Below the pieces are notes generated by a model that saw nothing but the letters and a program-made list of their open reading frames with translations, had not been told where the DNA came from and did not search any database. Positions 29,202 through 38,224 of a DNA stretch of 64,000 bases are shown one piece after another; the stretch's first letter is position 1, and each line of letters starts with the position of its first letter. Position numbers and translations under genes: made by a program. The stretch spans positions 32,001-96,000 of the forward strand of contig JAYTSD010000014.1 of assembly GCA_043745805.1 (NCBI GenBank), in the 5' to 3' direction. This stretch comes from Fibrobacteria bacterium (GTDB lineage: Bacteria; Fibrobacterota; Fibrobacteria; UBA11236).

Positions 29202-30785
29202 ATGAAAAAAAAATTAAACCCCTTAATAAAGAAACTAGCCTTCTGCGCTTTGGCCATAGCTAGTCATGAAACTCCATGGGCCGCTTTTACTTATGGTACT
29301 TGTAGTCCCATAGCCGAAAGTGATTTTACCGCTGTAAAATTGGTCCCAGCTAGTACAGGTATTAAAGAACCCATTAAAATGGCAACTCATGCAGATGCCG
29401 CAGGTAATGTGGATGTTTACTGGGCAGAAAGAGGCGGGGATGTAAAAAAATATTCTGGCGGTGCCAAAACAGTCAAAACCATGGGTACGGTATTAACCGA
29501 ATTGGAATATGAATCAGGGCTTACAGGTATTGCTCTTGATCCAAAATTTGATACCAATCATTGGATGTATCTCTATTACACTACCGGCGGCGCGGATCCG
29601 AAAGATTTTTTTCGAATCAGTCGATTTACTGTGGGATCAAACGATATGCTCGATATGGCTTCTGAAAAAATTGTTTTAACTTTTCAGGCTAAGCATGGCG
29701 GAATGCATTCCGGCGGTGCAATGCGCTTTGATGGAAATAATGATTTGTGGATTACGGTTGGTGAAAATCAAGCCGGTGAAAATGGTACAGCAAATACCAA
29801 TGATTTACGCGGAAAAATTCTTCGCATACATCCAACCGATGACGGTAAATACACAATTCCTGCCGGTAATCTTTTTGCTGAAGGCACTGCAAAAACCCGT
29901 CCGGAAATTTATGTAATGGGTGGACGCAACCCCTATACATTGGCACTCGATCCCGTGCGGAAAGCAGTAGTATGGGGCGATGTCGGTCCTGACCAAGGAC
30001 TAATTACCGAAGAATTTAACTTCACCAAAGTTCCTGGCAATTTTGGATACCCCTATTTTGCTGGCGCAAATGAAATTTTACCTGGATTTACCGGAAAATC
30101 GCCTGCCGCACCAACAAATAATGCTACGGGAAATACTGGCTTAGTTAGTTTGCCTGCTGCCATCCCTGCCATATATGCCTATAAACAATCCTCAGCCGCA
30201 ACAGGACCGATTTATTATTATCAAAACAGTATAAATACAAAAATCAAATTTCCGCCTCATTTCGACGGAACATGGTTTGTTTCGAATATGCGTCCTAATT
30301 GGTTTGAGGGGGTAACATTAAATGCTGCCGGCACCGTAAAAGAAACTACGGAAAGATTATTTCCTAGTATGTTTGGTCCCATTATTGGTGAAGCACTTGA
30401 TTTTGAATTTGGACCCGATGGAGCATTATACGTACTTTCTTACGGTGAAAGCTGGCGTGCAGCAGATTCTAAAACGGGTATAGTACGCATTGAATACAAG
30501 GGAAGCTGTTTACCCACCGACTTTGTCAGTAAAATTGGAACCGTATCGATTAACAAAACACAATTGGATCAAAATACTTTTAAAATGGAAAATCAAAGTT
30601 TTTCCATTTTAAGTGAAGGTCCGCATATCTTAGAAATACATGATATAGCAGGAAGGTTGGTCTTCGCTAAAACCGGAATAGGTCCTGCCCGCTATTCCAT
30701 GCTAGAAATTCCCAAAAATGGAATTTATCTACTTCGTTTACAAAATGCAGCCGGAGTATTTTCCAAGAAATTAATTCGTGAATAA
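29202..30785 (+). CDS. secreted PQQ-dependent sugar dehydrogenase-like beta-propeller, paralogue 2
   Basis: Same motifs (HSGGAMRF, NTNDLRGKILRI, GGRNPY, FGPDGALY), with a DIAGR...GIYLLRL tail. Confidence 0.85.
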   Translation: MKKKLNPLIKKLAFCALAIASHETPWAAFTYGTCSPIAESDFTAVKLVPASTGIKEPIKMATHADAAGNVDVYWAERGGDVKKYSGGAKTVKTMGTVLTELEYESGLTGIALDPKFDTNHWMYLYYTTGGADPKDFFRISRFTVGSNDMLDMASEKIVLTFQAKHGGMHSGGAMRFDGNNDLWITVGENQAGENGTANTNDLRGKILRIHPTDDGKYTIPAGNLFAEGTAKTRPEIYVMGGRNPYTLALDPVRKAVVWGDVGPDQGLITEEFNFTKVPGNFGYPYFAGANEILPGFTGKSPAAPTNNATGNTGLVSLPAAIPAIYAYKQSSAATGPIYYYQNSINTKIKFPPHFDGTWFVSNMRPNWFEGVTLNAAGTVKETTERLFPSMFGPIIGEALDFEFGPDGALYVLSYGESWRAADSKTGIVRIEYKGSCLPTDFVSKIGTVSINKTQLDQNTFKMENQSFSILSEGPHILEIHDIAGRLVFAKTGIGPARYSMLEIPKNGIYLLRLQNAAGVFSKKLIRE

Positions 30786-30951
30786 TTCCTTGCTATTGTG
30801 ACTGCTTGCAGTACAAAAGCAAAAAAACCATTATTTTATTGTTCCCAGCGGAAAATTAGTTTTCCGCTTATATTCCCCATATCACTTGTATTTGCGAATG
30901 GCTTGAGTTTTCTCAACTTTTCGTTTTATGGCAGAAAATTATGGGGGACAA

Positions 30952-32547
30952 ATGATACTTACAAAAAAAGCCAATTTAAAAGCCATGGGGCTACTAACCC
31001 TAGCGATAGCATCTCAATATGCAGCTTGGGCCGCGTTTACCGTTCCAAGTTGCCCAACCGTGACCGATGCCGAATTCACTGCTGTAACCCTAGTTAATGG
31101 CGATAGTATTAATGAACCCATAAAAATGGCAACGCATGCTGATGGCGCAGGTAACGTAGATATTTACTGGGTGCAACGTCATGGAGATATAAAAAAATAT
31201 ACGGGCGCTACCAAAAAATTCGCCACTATCGGTCATATCGACGGCCCATCAGAGTTTGAAGACGGAGTAACCGGTATCGCCTTAGATCCTTCTTTCGATA
31301 CCAACCACAATATTTTTCTCTATTATGCTTTTGGAGATGTTACGAAATTTTCATTTCGTATTTCACGATTCACTCTAGGTAATGGGGATGCCCTCATAAT
31401 GTCTTCGGAAAAAATCATTTTGGAAAACCCAGCAAAATACCATACCTTACATACCGGTGGCGCAATGCGCTTTGACCGATTTGGAGATTTATGGATAACC
31501 ACCGGCGAAAATAATTCAGGGGAAAAAAGTACCTCCAATACCAACGATTTAAGAGGAAAAATTTTGCGTATCCATCCCACTTCTGATGGAAAATACACTA
31601 TTCCCGCAGGAAATTTATATCCCGAAGGCACCGCTAATACGCGCCCAGAAATTTATGTAATGGGTGCTCGAAACCCCTACTCCATTGCTCTCGATCCCGT
31701 TCGTAATGCAATAGCATGGGGCGATGTAGGTCCCGATGAAGGCGGTATAACTGAGGAGTTTAACTATACCAAAATACCCGGTTTTTTTGGTTACCCTTAC
31801 TTTGCGGGAAACAATCTTTCACGTCCTGATTATCCCGGACAAAATGCTAGCACCCCAATTTGGAAAAATACCATCGCCGCAAATGAGCCCTACAAACCGG
31901 GCTTGCCAAATCTGAAACCAGTTATCCCTGCTATCTATCCTTATCAAAAATCCGCAGCGATTACCGGACCCATCTATTACTATAACCCTAGCCTCAAATC
32001 CCCTATAAAATTTCCGCCGCATTTCGATGGTATTTGGTTCGTGTCGGATTTTCAAAATACTTGGATAGAAGGGGTCACCTTAGACATACCTGGATTAAAA
32101 AAAGAAAATTCCGAAAGAGTTTTTGTGGACATTTTTAAAAATGTGATCAAAGAACCGATTGATTATGAATTTGGGCCAGATGGTGCGTTATATGTACTTA
32201 GCTATGGAGGAAAATGGCGCGACCACGATGCAAAAACAGCCCTTGTGAGAATCGAATACAAAGGCACTTGCAATCTTCCCACCTTCGTTTCCAAGGTAGG
32301 AACCGTTTCTTTAACTAAAAATGAATTGGCTCATAAGGTTTTTAAAATTCAAGGGCAAAATATTTCAATATTAACCGAAGACACGTACAGCTATGCGGTA
32401 TGTGATATTACGGGTAAAATTATAATTTCCCATCGTGGCGAGGGTAACGCCCAATTCTCTTTACGAGAACTACCTCAAAACGGCTTGTACTTGATAAGTA
32501 TTAAAACTAAGCAAGGTTCCTTTTCGCAAATTATTGCCTCTCACTAA
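30952..32547 (+). CDS. secreted PQQ-dependent sugar dehydrogenase-like beta-propeller, paralogue 3
   Basis: Same motifs, with a DITGK...GLYLISI tail. ATG 30952 follows GGGGGA; the ORF track starts at 30928. Confidence 0.85.
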   Translation: MILTKKANLKAMGLLTLAIASQYAAWAAFTVPSCPTVTDAEFTAVTLVNGDSINEPIKMATHADGAGNVDIYWVQRHGDIKKYTGATKKFATIGHIDGPSEFEDGVTGIALDPSFDTNHNIFLYYAFGDVTKFSFRISRFTLGNGDALIMSSEKIILENPAKYHTLHTGGAMRFDRFGDLWITTGENNSGEKSTSNTNDLRGKILRIHPTSDGKYTIPAGNLYPEGTANTRPEIYVMGARNPYSIALDPVRNAIAWGDVGPDEGGITEEFNYTKIPGFFGYPYFAGNNLSRPDYPGQNASTPIWKNTIAANEPYKPGLPNLKPVIPAIYPYQKSAAITGPIYYYNPSLKSPIKFPPHFDGIWFVSDFQNTWIEGVTLDIPGLKKENSERVFVDIFKNVIKEPIDYEFGPDGALYVLSYGGKWRDHDAKTALVRIEYKGTCNLPTFVSKVGTVSLTKNELAHKVFKIQGQNISILTEDTYSYAVCDITGKIIISHRGEGNAQFSLRELPQNGLYLISIKTKQGSFSQIIASH

Positions 32548-32557
32548 TATTCCCTAC

Positions 32558-32586
32558 ATCACTCGCTGCTTCAAGCCGTGAGTGAT
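32558..32586 (+). terminator. hairpin after the dehydrogenase cluster
   Basis: ATCACTCGC...GTGAGTGAT imperfect inverted repeat; the U-tract is weak. Confidence 0.45.
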
Positions 32587-32826
32587 ATTCTTCTCCACAA
32601 AACCCGTTTTTTGAACTCCTCCAAAATTTCCCAAGGCAATTAAGCCTTATTTTTTGGGCTTTTAGGCTTTTATAACCCCATATTTGACTTAATAAAAATT
32701 GCATTACGCCAATTAATTTCTCGACAATTATTTATGCCATCCCTTATGATTGTTAGAGTATAAGGGGAAGTAAAACTTAAACTAACTGGACCCCAAAGGG
32801 AATTTTTTGAAATTGTTTACATCCAG

Positions 32827-33369
32827 ATGATCAATATTATGTTTAAAATGAGTCCTAAATTAAAACGCTCACAAGGGTTCACCTTAAAAGAAATCATGGT
32901 GGTTGTAGCTATCATTGGCATATTAACGGCTGCAGCAAAGCCGTCCGTAAAAAATTTATATCTCTCGTATAAATATCAAAATGCAGAGAATGCTGTAAAA
33001 CATTTAGTGCAAACCGCTCGCAGCAGAGCCATTGCAAATCCTAGCGTGCATTATGGCGTGCATTTAGATCTAAACTCCGTCCCACAAAAAGTGTTTCTTT
33101 TTGCCGATACCGATTCGCCTTCTTCGAATCAGTGGAGCGCCAATGACAAGGCCTATTTACAACCTTATTCATTACCAATAAATATTTCCATATCCATCCC
33201 TACAAATAAAGGAAGCCTTTCCAGTGACCTTATTTTCAGAGGCGATGGCTCGGCATTTTTGCCCTTTGAGGTAGTGATTGTTGCCAGTTTAAGTTCTACA
33301 AAATCTTTAGAAGATACTTTGGATGTTTTACCCAGCACGGGAAGGATTAAGGTTATCAAATGCAAATAA
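32827..33369 (+). CDS. FimT/FimU (GspH)-like type IV minor pilin, cassette 1
   Basis: Class III signal G|FTLKEIMVVVAIIGIL, ARSRAI, IFRGDG, TGRIK at the C-terminus. Confidence 0.85.
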   Translation: MINIMFKMSPKLKRSQGFTLKEIMVVVAIIGILTAAAKPSVKNLYLSYKYQNAENAVKHLVQTARSRAIANPSVHYGVHLDLNSVPQKVFLFADTDSPSSNQWSANDKAYLQPYSLPINISISIPTNKGSLSSDLIFRGDGSAFLPFEVVIVASLSSTKSLEDTLDVLPSTGRIKVIKCK

Positions 33370-33806
33370 TTTGCAAGCCCATGAAAGTAAACTCCAAAGG
33401 GTTAACGCTGTTAGAAATACTTATAGCAATTATAGTAGTGGGTATAGGTAGCACTGTTTATCTACGCGTGCAGCATATGTCGGGAGGTGTTAACAGAACC
33501 AATTCTGCTTTATTCCGTGCTGGCCAAATGGTAGAAAAACACATTGAGGCCATTCGCGTACAAATTGCCAAAGATACCAATGGCTTAAGATGGGTACCTC
33601 AAAATAATTTTATTGAAAGTGATTCTTCGGGTAGTCCCAAACTAAATTTAACGCGCAAGGTAAGTACCGTAACTGCTCCCAAACCCGATGCAGGAGGAAC
33701 TTATGCCAATATCCCTTCGGTGCGCAAAATTGATATCGTGGTCAAATGGGGTACTGGGGCAATGGATTCCTTGAATGTGACAACTTATGTTTCCAAAAAA
33801 TTTTAA
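33360..33806 (+). CDS. PilV-like minor pilin, cassette 1
   Basis: G|LTLLEILIAIIVVGIG, ...IEAIR..., RKIDIVVKWG. Confidence 0.82.
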   Translation: MQIICKPMKVNSKGLTLLEILIAIIVVGIGSTVYLRVQHMSGGVNRTNSALFRAGQMVEKHIEAIRVQIAKDTNGLRWVPQNNFIESDSSGSPKLNLTRKVSTVTAPKPDAGGTYANIPSVRKIDIVVKWGTGAMDSLNVTTYVSKKF

Positions 33807-34554
33807 TTGTAAAAAAGGATTTTCCTTAATTGAGATTTTAATTGTAATCGCTGTGGCCGGAATTTTACTTGTCATTATTACTCGCTTTTTAAAAGATTCG
33901 AAACGTATTTATAATCTGCAAGAAGAATTAACTGAGCGTGATCAAAATGCGCAGTATGCTCTAAAGCGCTTAGCCGAAAGATTAATGGAAGCGGGAGCAG
34001 GGTTACCCACAACCGGCTACGCCATAATTAATACTAGTGGAAATCCAGTTAATTCTTTCACCGTAGCCACCAATCCAAGGGGTGGGCAACAAATTATTAC
34101 TAATACTATAGTTGCCGATTCGGTTATTCCTGCGGATGACACTTTAAGCTTTGAAAAAACAGACAGTGTGTTAATAGTTCCTAAAAACCCAATTACGCCA
34201 TTAACAACTTGCCCGTTCAAGCGCGCCGGATTAAAATCGGGAAACTTCGTTATCGTGACTACGATTATAAACACTTTGCAAATCGGTGATATGGTATATG
34301 GTTTAAAAAAGGAAAACTATAACCTAACTGCAAATAATTTATGCTTAGAGAATTCGGTTTTAGCAGAAAACATTGATTCGCTTGCTATTCTCTTTAATGA
34401 TATTGCCGGAAATCCCACTAGCACGTGGACGAATATGCGGTCTGCAAAAATTACCGTGCGGGCACGCACACAACATTCTTTTCCAAATATGCCAGGTGAT
34501 GGATATCTGCGTAGACAGTTATCTATAGAAGTTGGTTTTAGAAATAAAAACTAA
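33787..34554 (+). CDS. PilW-like minor pilin, cassette 1
   Basis: G|FSLIEILIVIAVAGIL, LMEAG, LAENIDSL, ITVRART, C-terminal FRN. Confidence 0.85.
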   Translation: MFPKNFNCKKGFSLIEILIVIAVAGILLVIITRFLKDSKRIYNLQEELTERDQNAQYALKRLAERLMEAGAGLPTTGYAIINTSGNPVNSFTVATNPRGGQQIITNTIVADSVIPADDTLSFEKTDSVLIVPKNPITPLTTCPFKRAGLKSGNFVIVTTIINTLQIGDMVYGLKKENYNLTANNLCLENSVLAENIDSLAILFNDIAGNPTSTWTNMRSAKITVRARTQHSFPNMPGDGYLRRQLSIEVGFRNKN

Positions 34555-34564
34555 AGGAGGCATT

Positions 34565-36442
34565 ATGCCTAAGTCCATTGAAAAGCTAAAATCTCAAAAA
34601 GGTTTTATCCTAATTTTCTCCGTACTCATGATACTAGGTATATCCGCATTGGCCGTAGGCATGATTTACAATTCACGCATGAATAATGCTACTGCCCAAA
34701 ATTACAAAAACAAAATCCAATCGTTTTATGCTGCCGATGGTATGATGTCACTTTTGGCTGATGAGGTCTTAAGCGGAAGAGATACCCTTTATACCAATGC
34801 CGCCCAAAGAGATACCATAACCGGTAGCGTTTACAATAAAATCAACTCTGTGGATGTGCAAAACTTTAGGTCTCAAACCCAAGGCAGTAATGGTAACCAA
34901 ACGGTTACCGCACTTTATTTGGGATCGGCATGGTTAGGAACTGTAAAACCCACATGGAGTAGTTTTGGAATTTTATGGAAAGGATATATTTACCCACCCA
35001 TCACGGGATCCTATCGTTTTTTTGTTAGAGGGGATGACAATACGGCCTTTTATTTAAGTACATCCGAATTTCTTATTGATCTTCCAAGAAGTCCCACGGC
35101 TTATAACTATTCCTCTGTATCTTATTCCAAAGGATGGCCCACTGTAGAAAACCCACAAATGAGTGGAGACTGCTCAAACTGTGATCCAGTATCCGATCCT
35201 ATCTCATTAAAAGGTGGGAAAAAATATTATTTCGAATATTATCATACGCATGTGAATGGTAACGATTTTGGACAAGTTGGGTGGGCTGGCCCTGAATGGA
35301 TTGATGAAAAACCAATTCCGGGATCAAGGCTTTCGAAATATATTGTTTCGAACCCTACCGTAACACAAGACGACTCCATAAAAATAGGTAATGTGATGGT
35401 GCAATATCGCGTCACTCCATTGGGTGATAATGAATACACTCTTTTTACTCAAGGTTCGAAACGAAGAACGGGTACCGATACCATTTATAAAATTCCATTA
35501 AATCAAAAAATTTCTTTCCGAGGACAAAGCTCCGCACCTCCGGATACCCTGTGGTCGAAAGTGATTTTTCATGATTTTCATGCTCGAAATTGGCCACTCC
35601 TTTCCAACAATCCCGAATTTCAGAATGATAATGTGATTTATGGTTGGGGTGGAGCATCAGCACATACGGGAATGGTTGAGTCAAATTTTCTTAAGCAAAC
35701 AGCAACCGATGCAAATTACTTTAATATGGCAAGAATAGGAAAACCCATTAATATTATTGATAGTACCTTAAGAACCGTTACAGCTGCCGATAAGAAAAAT
35801 GTTTGGCGCAGTTGTAAAATGGAAAAATGGTTTGTGGATTGGACTCCAGGTGATTTTAAAATTCCGCGCTATCAAGAACTTCCAGCAGGTGGTGACCAAA
35901 ATAATGCCACCTATGCAGCCAATGTATTATCCGACTGCGTTTTACAAACAGTGACCTATGACACGGCCTTTAAAAATGCAAAAATCTATGACTCTCTTCC
36001 TTTAGTTAGAACTATGGTAAATGGTACTTATTCCTATTTGTACGAACGAACTTATCAAAACAATAAAGATTTTTTTCCTATCGACAATCGAGGTTTTGGT
36101 AATGAAGGACGTCCGCATAATTTTTCATTTTGTATGGAAATGCACTCTACCTTTGAATTTAAGCCTGGCCTAACCTTTGATTTTGAAGGGGATGACGATA
36201 TATGGATTTTTATAAATGGTAAGCTCGAAATGGATTTAGGAGGGCATCATGTGCAAACAGGCGGAAGCATAAATATGGACGCTTTGAACTTGGTTTACGG
36301 GAAAAACTATCCCTTTGAACTATTCTATTGTGAAATGATGTGCTGCGGGTCTGACATTAAAATCACTACCAATCTCCCGATTGGATCGGGACGCGGCACC
36401 TTAAAGAAGAGCTGGCAGCGCGATTACGGCTCCATGGATTAA
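34565..36442 (+). CDS. PilX-like pilin fused to PA14 and fibro-slime domains, cassette 1
   Basis: G|FILIFSVLMILG (no Glu5), QSFYAADG; PA14 WKGYIYPPITGSYRFFVRGDD; fibro-slime FFPIDN.GFGNEG..HNFSFCMEMH...FEGDDDIWIFINGKLEMDLGG.H. ATG 34565 follows AAAGGAGG. Confidence 0.85.
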   Translation: MPKSIEKLKSQKGFILIFSVLMILGISALAVGMIYNSRMNNATAQNYKNKIQSFYAADGMMSLLADEVLSGRDTLYTNAAQRDTITGSVYNKINSVDVQNFRSQTQGSNGNQTVTALYLGSAWLGTVKPTWSSFGILWKGYIYPPITGSYRFFVRGDDNTAFYLSTSEFLIDLPRSPTAYNYSSVSYSKGWPTVENPQMSGDCSNCDPVSDPISLKGGKKYYFEYYHTHVNGNDFGQVGWAGPEWIDEKPIPGSRLSKYIVSNPTVTQDDSIKIGNVMVQYRVTPLGDNEYTLFTQGSKRRTGTDTIYKIPLNQKISFRGQSSAPPDTLWSKVIFHDFHARNWPLLSNNPEFQNDNVIYGWGGASAHTGMVESNFLKQTATDANYFNMARIGKPINIIDSTLRTVTAADKKNVWRSCKMEKWFVDWTPGDFKIPRYQELPAGGDQNNATYAANVLSDCVLQTVTYDTAFKNAKIYDSLPLVRTMVNGTYSYLYERTYQNNKDFFPIDNRGFGNEGRPHNFSFCMEMHSTFEFKPGLTFDFEGDDDIWIFINGKLEMDLGGHHVQTGGSINMDALNLVYGKNYPFELFYCEMMCCGSDIKITTNLPIGSGRGTLKKSWQRDYGSMD

Positions 36443-36464
36443 TTTTACTCTAAAATCCCTCAAA

Positions 36465-36491
36465 AAAAAGCCGCTTATCTAGCGGCTTTTT
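36465..36491 (+). terminator. intrinsic terminator ending pilin cassette 1
   Basis: AAAAAGCCGCT-TATCT-AGCGGCTTTTT. Confidence 0.85.
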
Positions 36492-36544
36492 GTTACAATC
36501 TTTTAAAGTCTTCGATATTTAAGGTAACTTTACTTCATAGTTAT

Positions 36545-37051
36545 ATGCTTAATATAAATCCTAAATTACATCTGTCCCGAGGCTTCACTTTAAAAGAGCT
36601 CATGGTGGTCGTTGCTGTGATTGGGATTATGTCGGCTGTGGCTGTTCCATCGATTTCCGGCTTGTATCGTTGGTATCAATATTCTAATGCGCAGAATGCC
36701 ATTAAACATTTATTACAAACCGCAAAAGGTCGCGCTATGACTAATCCCAATATTCACTGCGGCGTGCATTTTTCTGCGATAGGAGATACCATTTTATTGT
36801 TTAATGATTCCGACCCACTTACTCCGAATACCTATGCTGTCGCAGATCAAAAATATTTACAACCTTATATTGTGCCTAAAAAAATTTCCATATCATTTGT
36901 TTCCGCCAATAAGGACATAATTTTTCGCGGGGATGGTTCAACCTTTGCAAGTTTTAATGCAAAAATTTCAATTCACTGGAAAGGCAGCGATAGCCTGACA
37001 AGTGTCCTAAGTGTTCTACCTAGTACTGGAAGGATAAAGCTTACAAAATGA
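36545..37051 (+). CDS. FimT/FimU (GspH)-like minor pilin, cassette 2
   Basis: G|FTLKELMVVVAVIGIM, AKGRAM, IFRGDG, VLPSTGRIK; paralogue of 32827-33369. Confidence 0.85.
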   Translation: MLNINPKLHLSRGFTLKELMVVVAVIGIMSAVAVPSISGLYRWYQYSNAQNAIKHLLQTAKGRAMTNPNIHCGVHFSAIGDTILLFNDSDPLTPNTYAVADQKYLQPYIVPKKISISFVSANKDIIFRGDGSTFASFNAKISIHWKGSDSLTSVLSVLPSTGRIKLTK

Positions 37052-37449
37052 AATATCCACTTATTAAAAAATCGGGATGGACGCTCTTAGAAACTCTGAT
37101 AGCTATTGTCGTTATAGGAATTGGCACCGGAGTTTATATGCGCATGCAAGGTATGACCGGCGGAGTCACTAAAAGCAATTCCAATTTGTTTAAAGCGGGA
37201 CAGATGATTGAAAAGCATATAGAAGGCATTCGTGTCCAAGTAGCTATGGACCAAACCAACTGGATCCCAGGCGATATAACGGTATTAGATCCACCCCTAA
37301 AGCTTGTTAGAACAGTTTCAAATGCATACTCTCCGAAAGCACCCACAGTTGTGGTAGCCGATGTTAGAAAAGTGGATTTAGTAGTGAGTTGGGGAAATAA
37401 ACCTATGGATACCCTTAAGGTGACTACCTATGTATCAAAAAAATTCTAA
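37048..37449 (+). CDS. PilV-like minor pilin, cassette 2
   Basis: G|WTLLETLIAIVVIGIG; shares AGQM.EKHIE.IRVQ and VTTYVSKKF with the cassette 1 copy. Confidence 0.82.
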   Translation: MKYPLIKKSGWTLLETLIAIVVIGIGTGVYMRMQGMTGGVTKSNSNLFKAGQMIEKHIEGIRVQVAMDQTNWIPGDITVLDPPLKLVRTVSNAYSPKAPTVVVADVRKVDLVVSWGNKPMDTLKVTTYVSKKF

Positions 37450-38215
37450 ATCCCCAAAAGGGGTCACATTTATTGAACTCCTAATTGTAATGGCAGTAGC
37501 TGGAATATTGTTAGTTATTGTTACTCGTTTCATAAAATCTTCCCGGAAAGTTTACAACCTTCAAGAAGATATAGCCGAGCGCGATCAAAATGCTTATTAC
37601 TCTATAAAAATGCTCTCAGAACGACTAATGGAAGCTGGTGCCAATTTACCCGATACTAACACCAACTATAATGCTGTCGTTATCAACACAAACCCAGCGA
37701 ATTCTTTTAAATTAATGGTAAATCCACGTGGGGGATTTTATACGGTGGTTGCAAATTTTAACTCGAATCGAATACTCGTAGACGATGGCGGCAGCTTTAA
37801 AAATGCAGATAGTATCTTGGTAGTTCATCCTAATAATTCAACGCCCACGCGTTATGACTTATTAAGTGTTGCCATAGCGCCTACTAATTTTGATACTCTG
37901 AAATTGTTGAGTGCGCAACCGTTTTCTACCGGAGATCAAATCTACGCTTTTACCACAGAAAGCTATTTGTTAATTAACAATAATTTATGTGTAAAGACCA
38001 AATCCACAGTGCCGGATACTCTAGCTGAAAATATAGATAGCTTGACCATTCTATTTAAAGATGTGGCGGGATTCACAACAACCGATTGGAAATTAATGCG
38101 TTATGCAAATCTTTCCATAACAACTCGAATTCAACGTGCAAATCCTGCTTTAGGAGCAGATAGCTGTAAACGCCGCACCCTGTCAATGGAATTAGGTTTT
38201 AGGAACAAAATTTAA
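37430..38215 (+). CDS. PilW-like minor pilin, cassette 2
   Basis: G|VTFIELLIVMAVAGIL, ERDQNA, ERLMEAGA, LAENIDSL, GFRNK. Confidence 0.85.
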   Translation: MYQKNSKSPKGVTFIELLIVMAVAGILLVIVTRFIKSSRKVYNLQEDIAERDQNAYYSIKMLSERLMEAGANLPDTNTNYNAVVINTNPANSFKLMVNPRGGFYTVVANFNSNRILVDDGGSFKNADSILVVHPNNSTPTRYDLLSVAIAPTNFDTLKLLSAQPFSTGDQIYAFTTESYLLINNNLCVKTKSTVPDTLAENIDSLTILFKDVAGFTTTDWKLMRYANLSITTRIQRANPALGADSCKRRTLSMELGFRNKI

Positions 38216-38224
38216 GGAGGAAAT

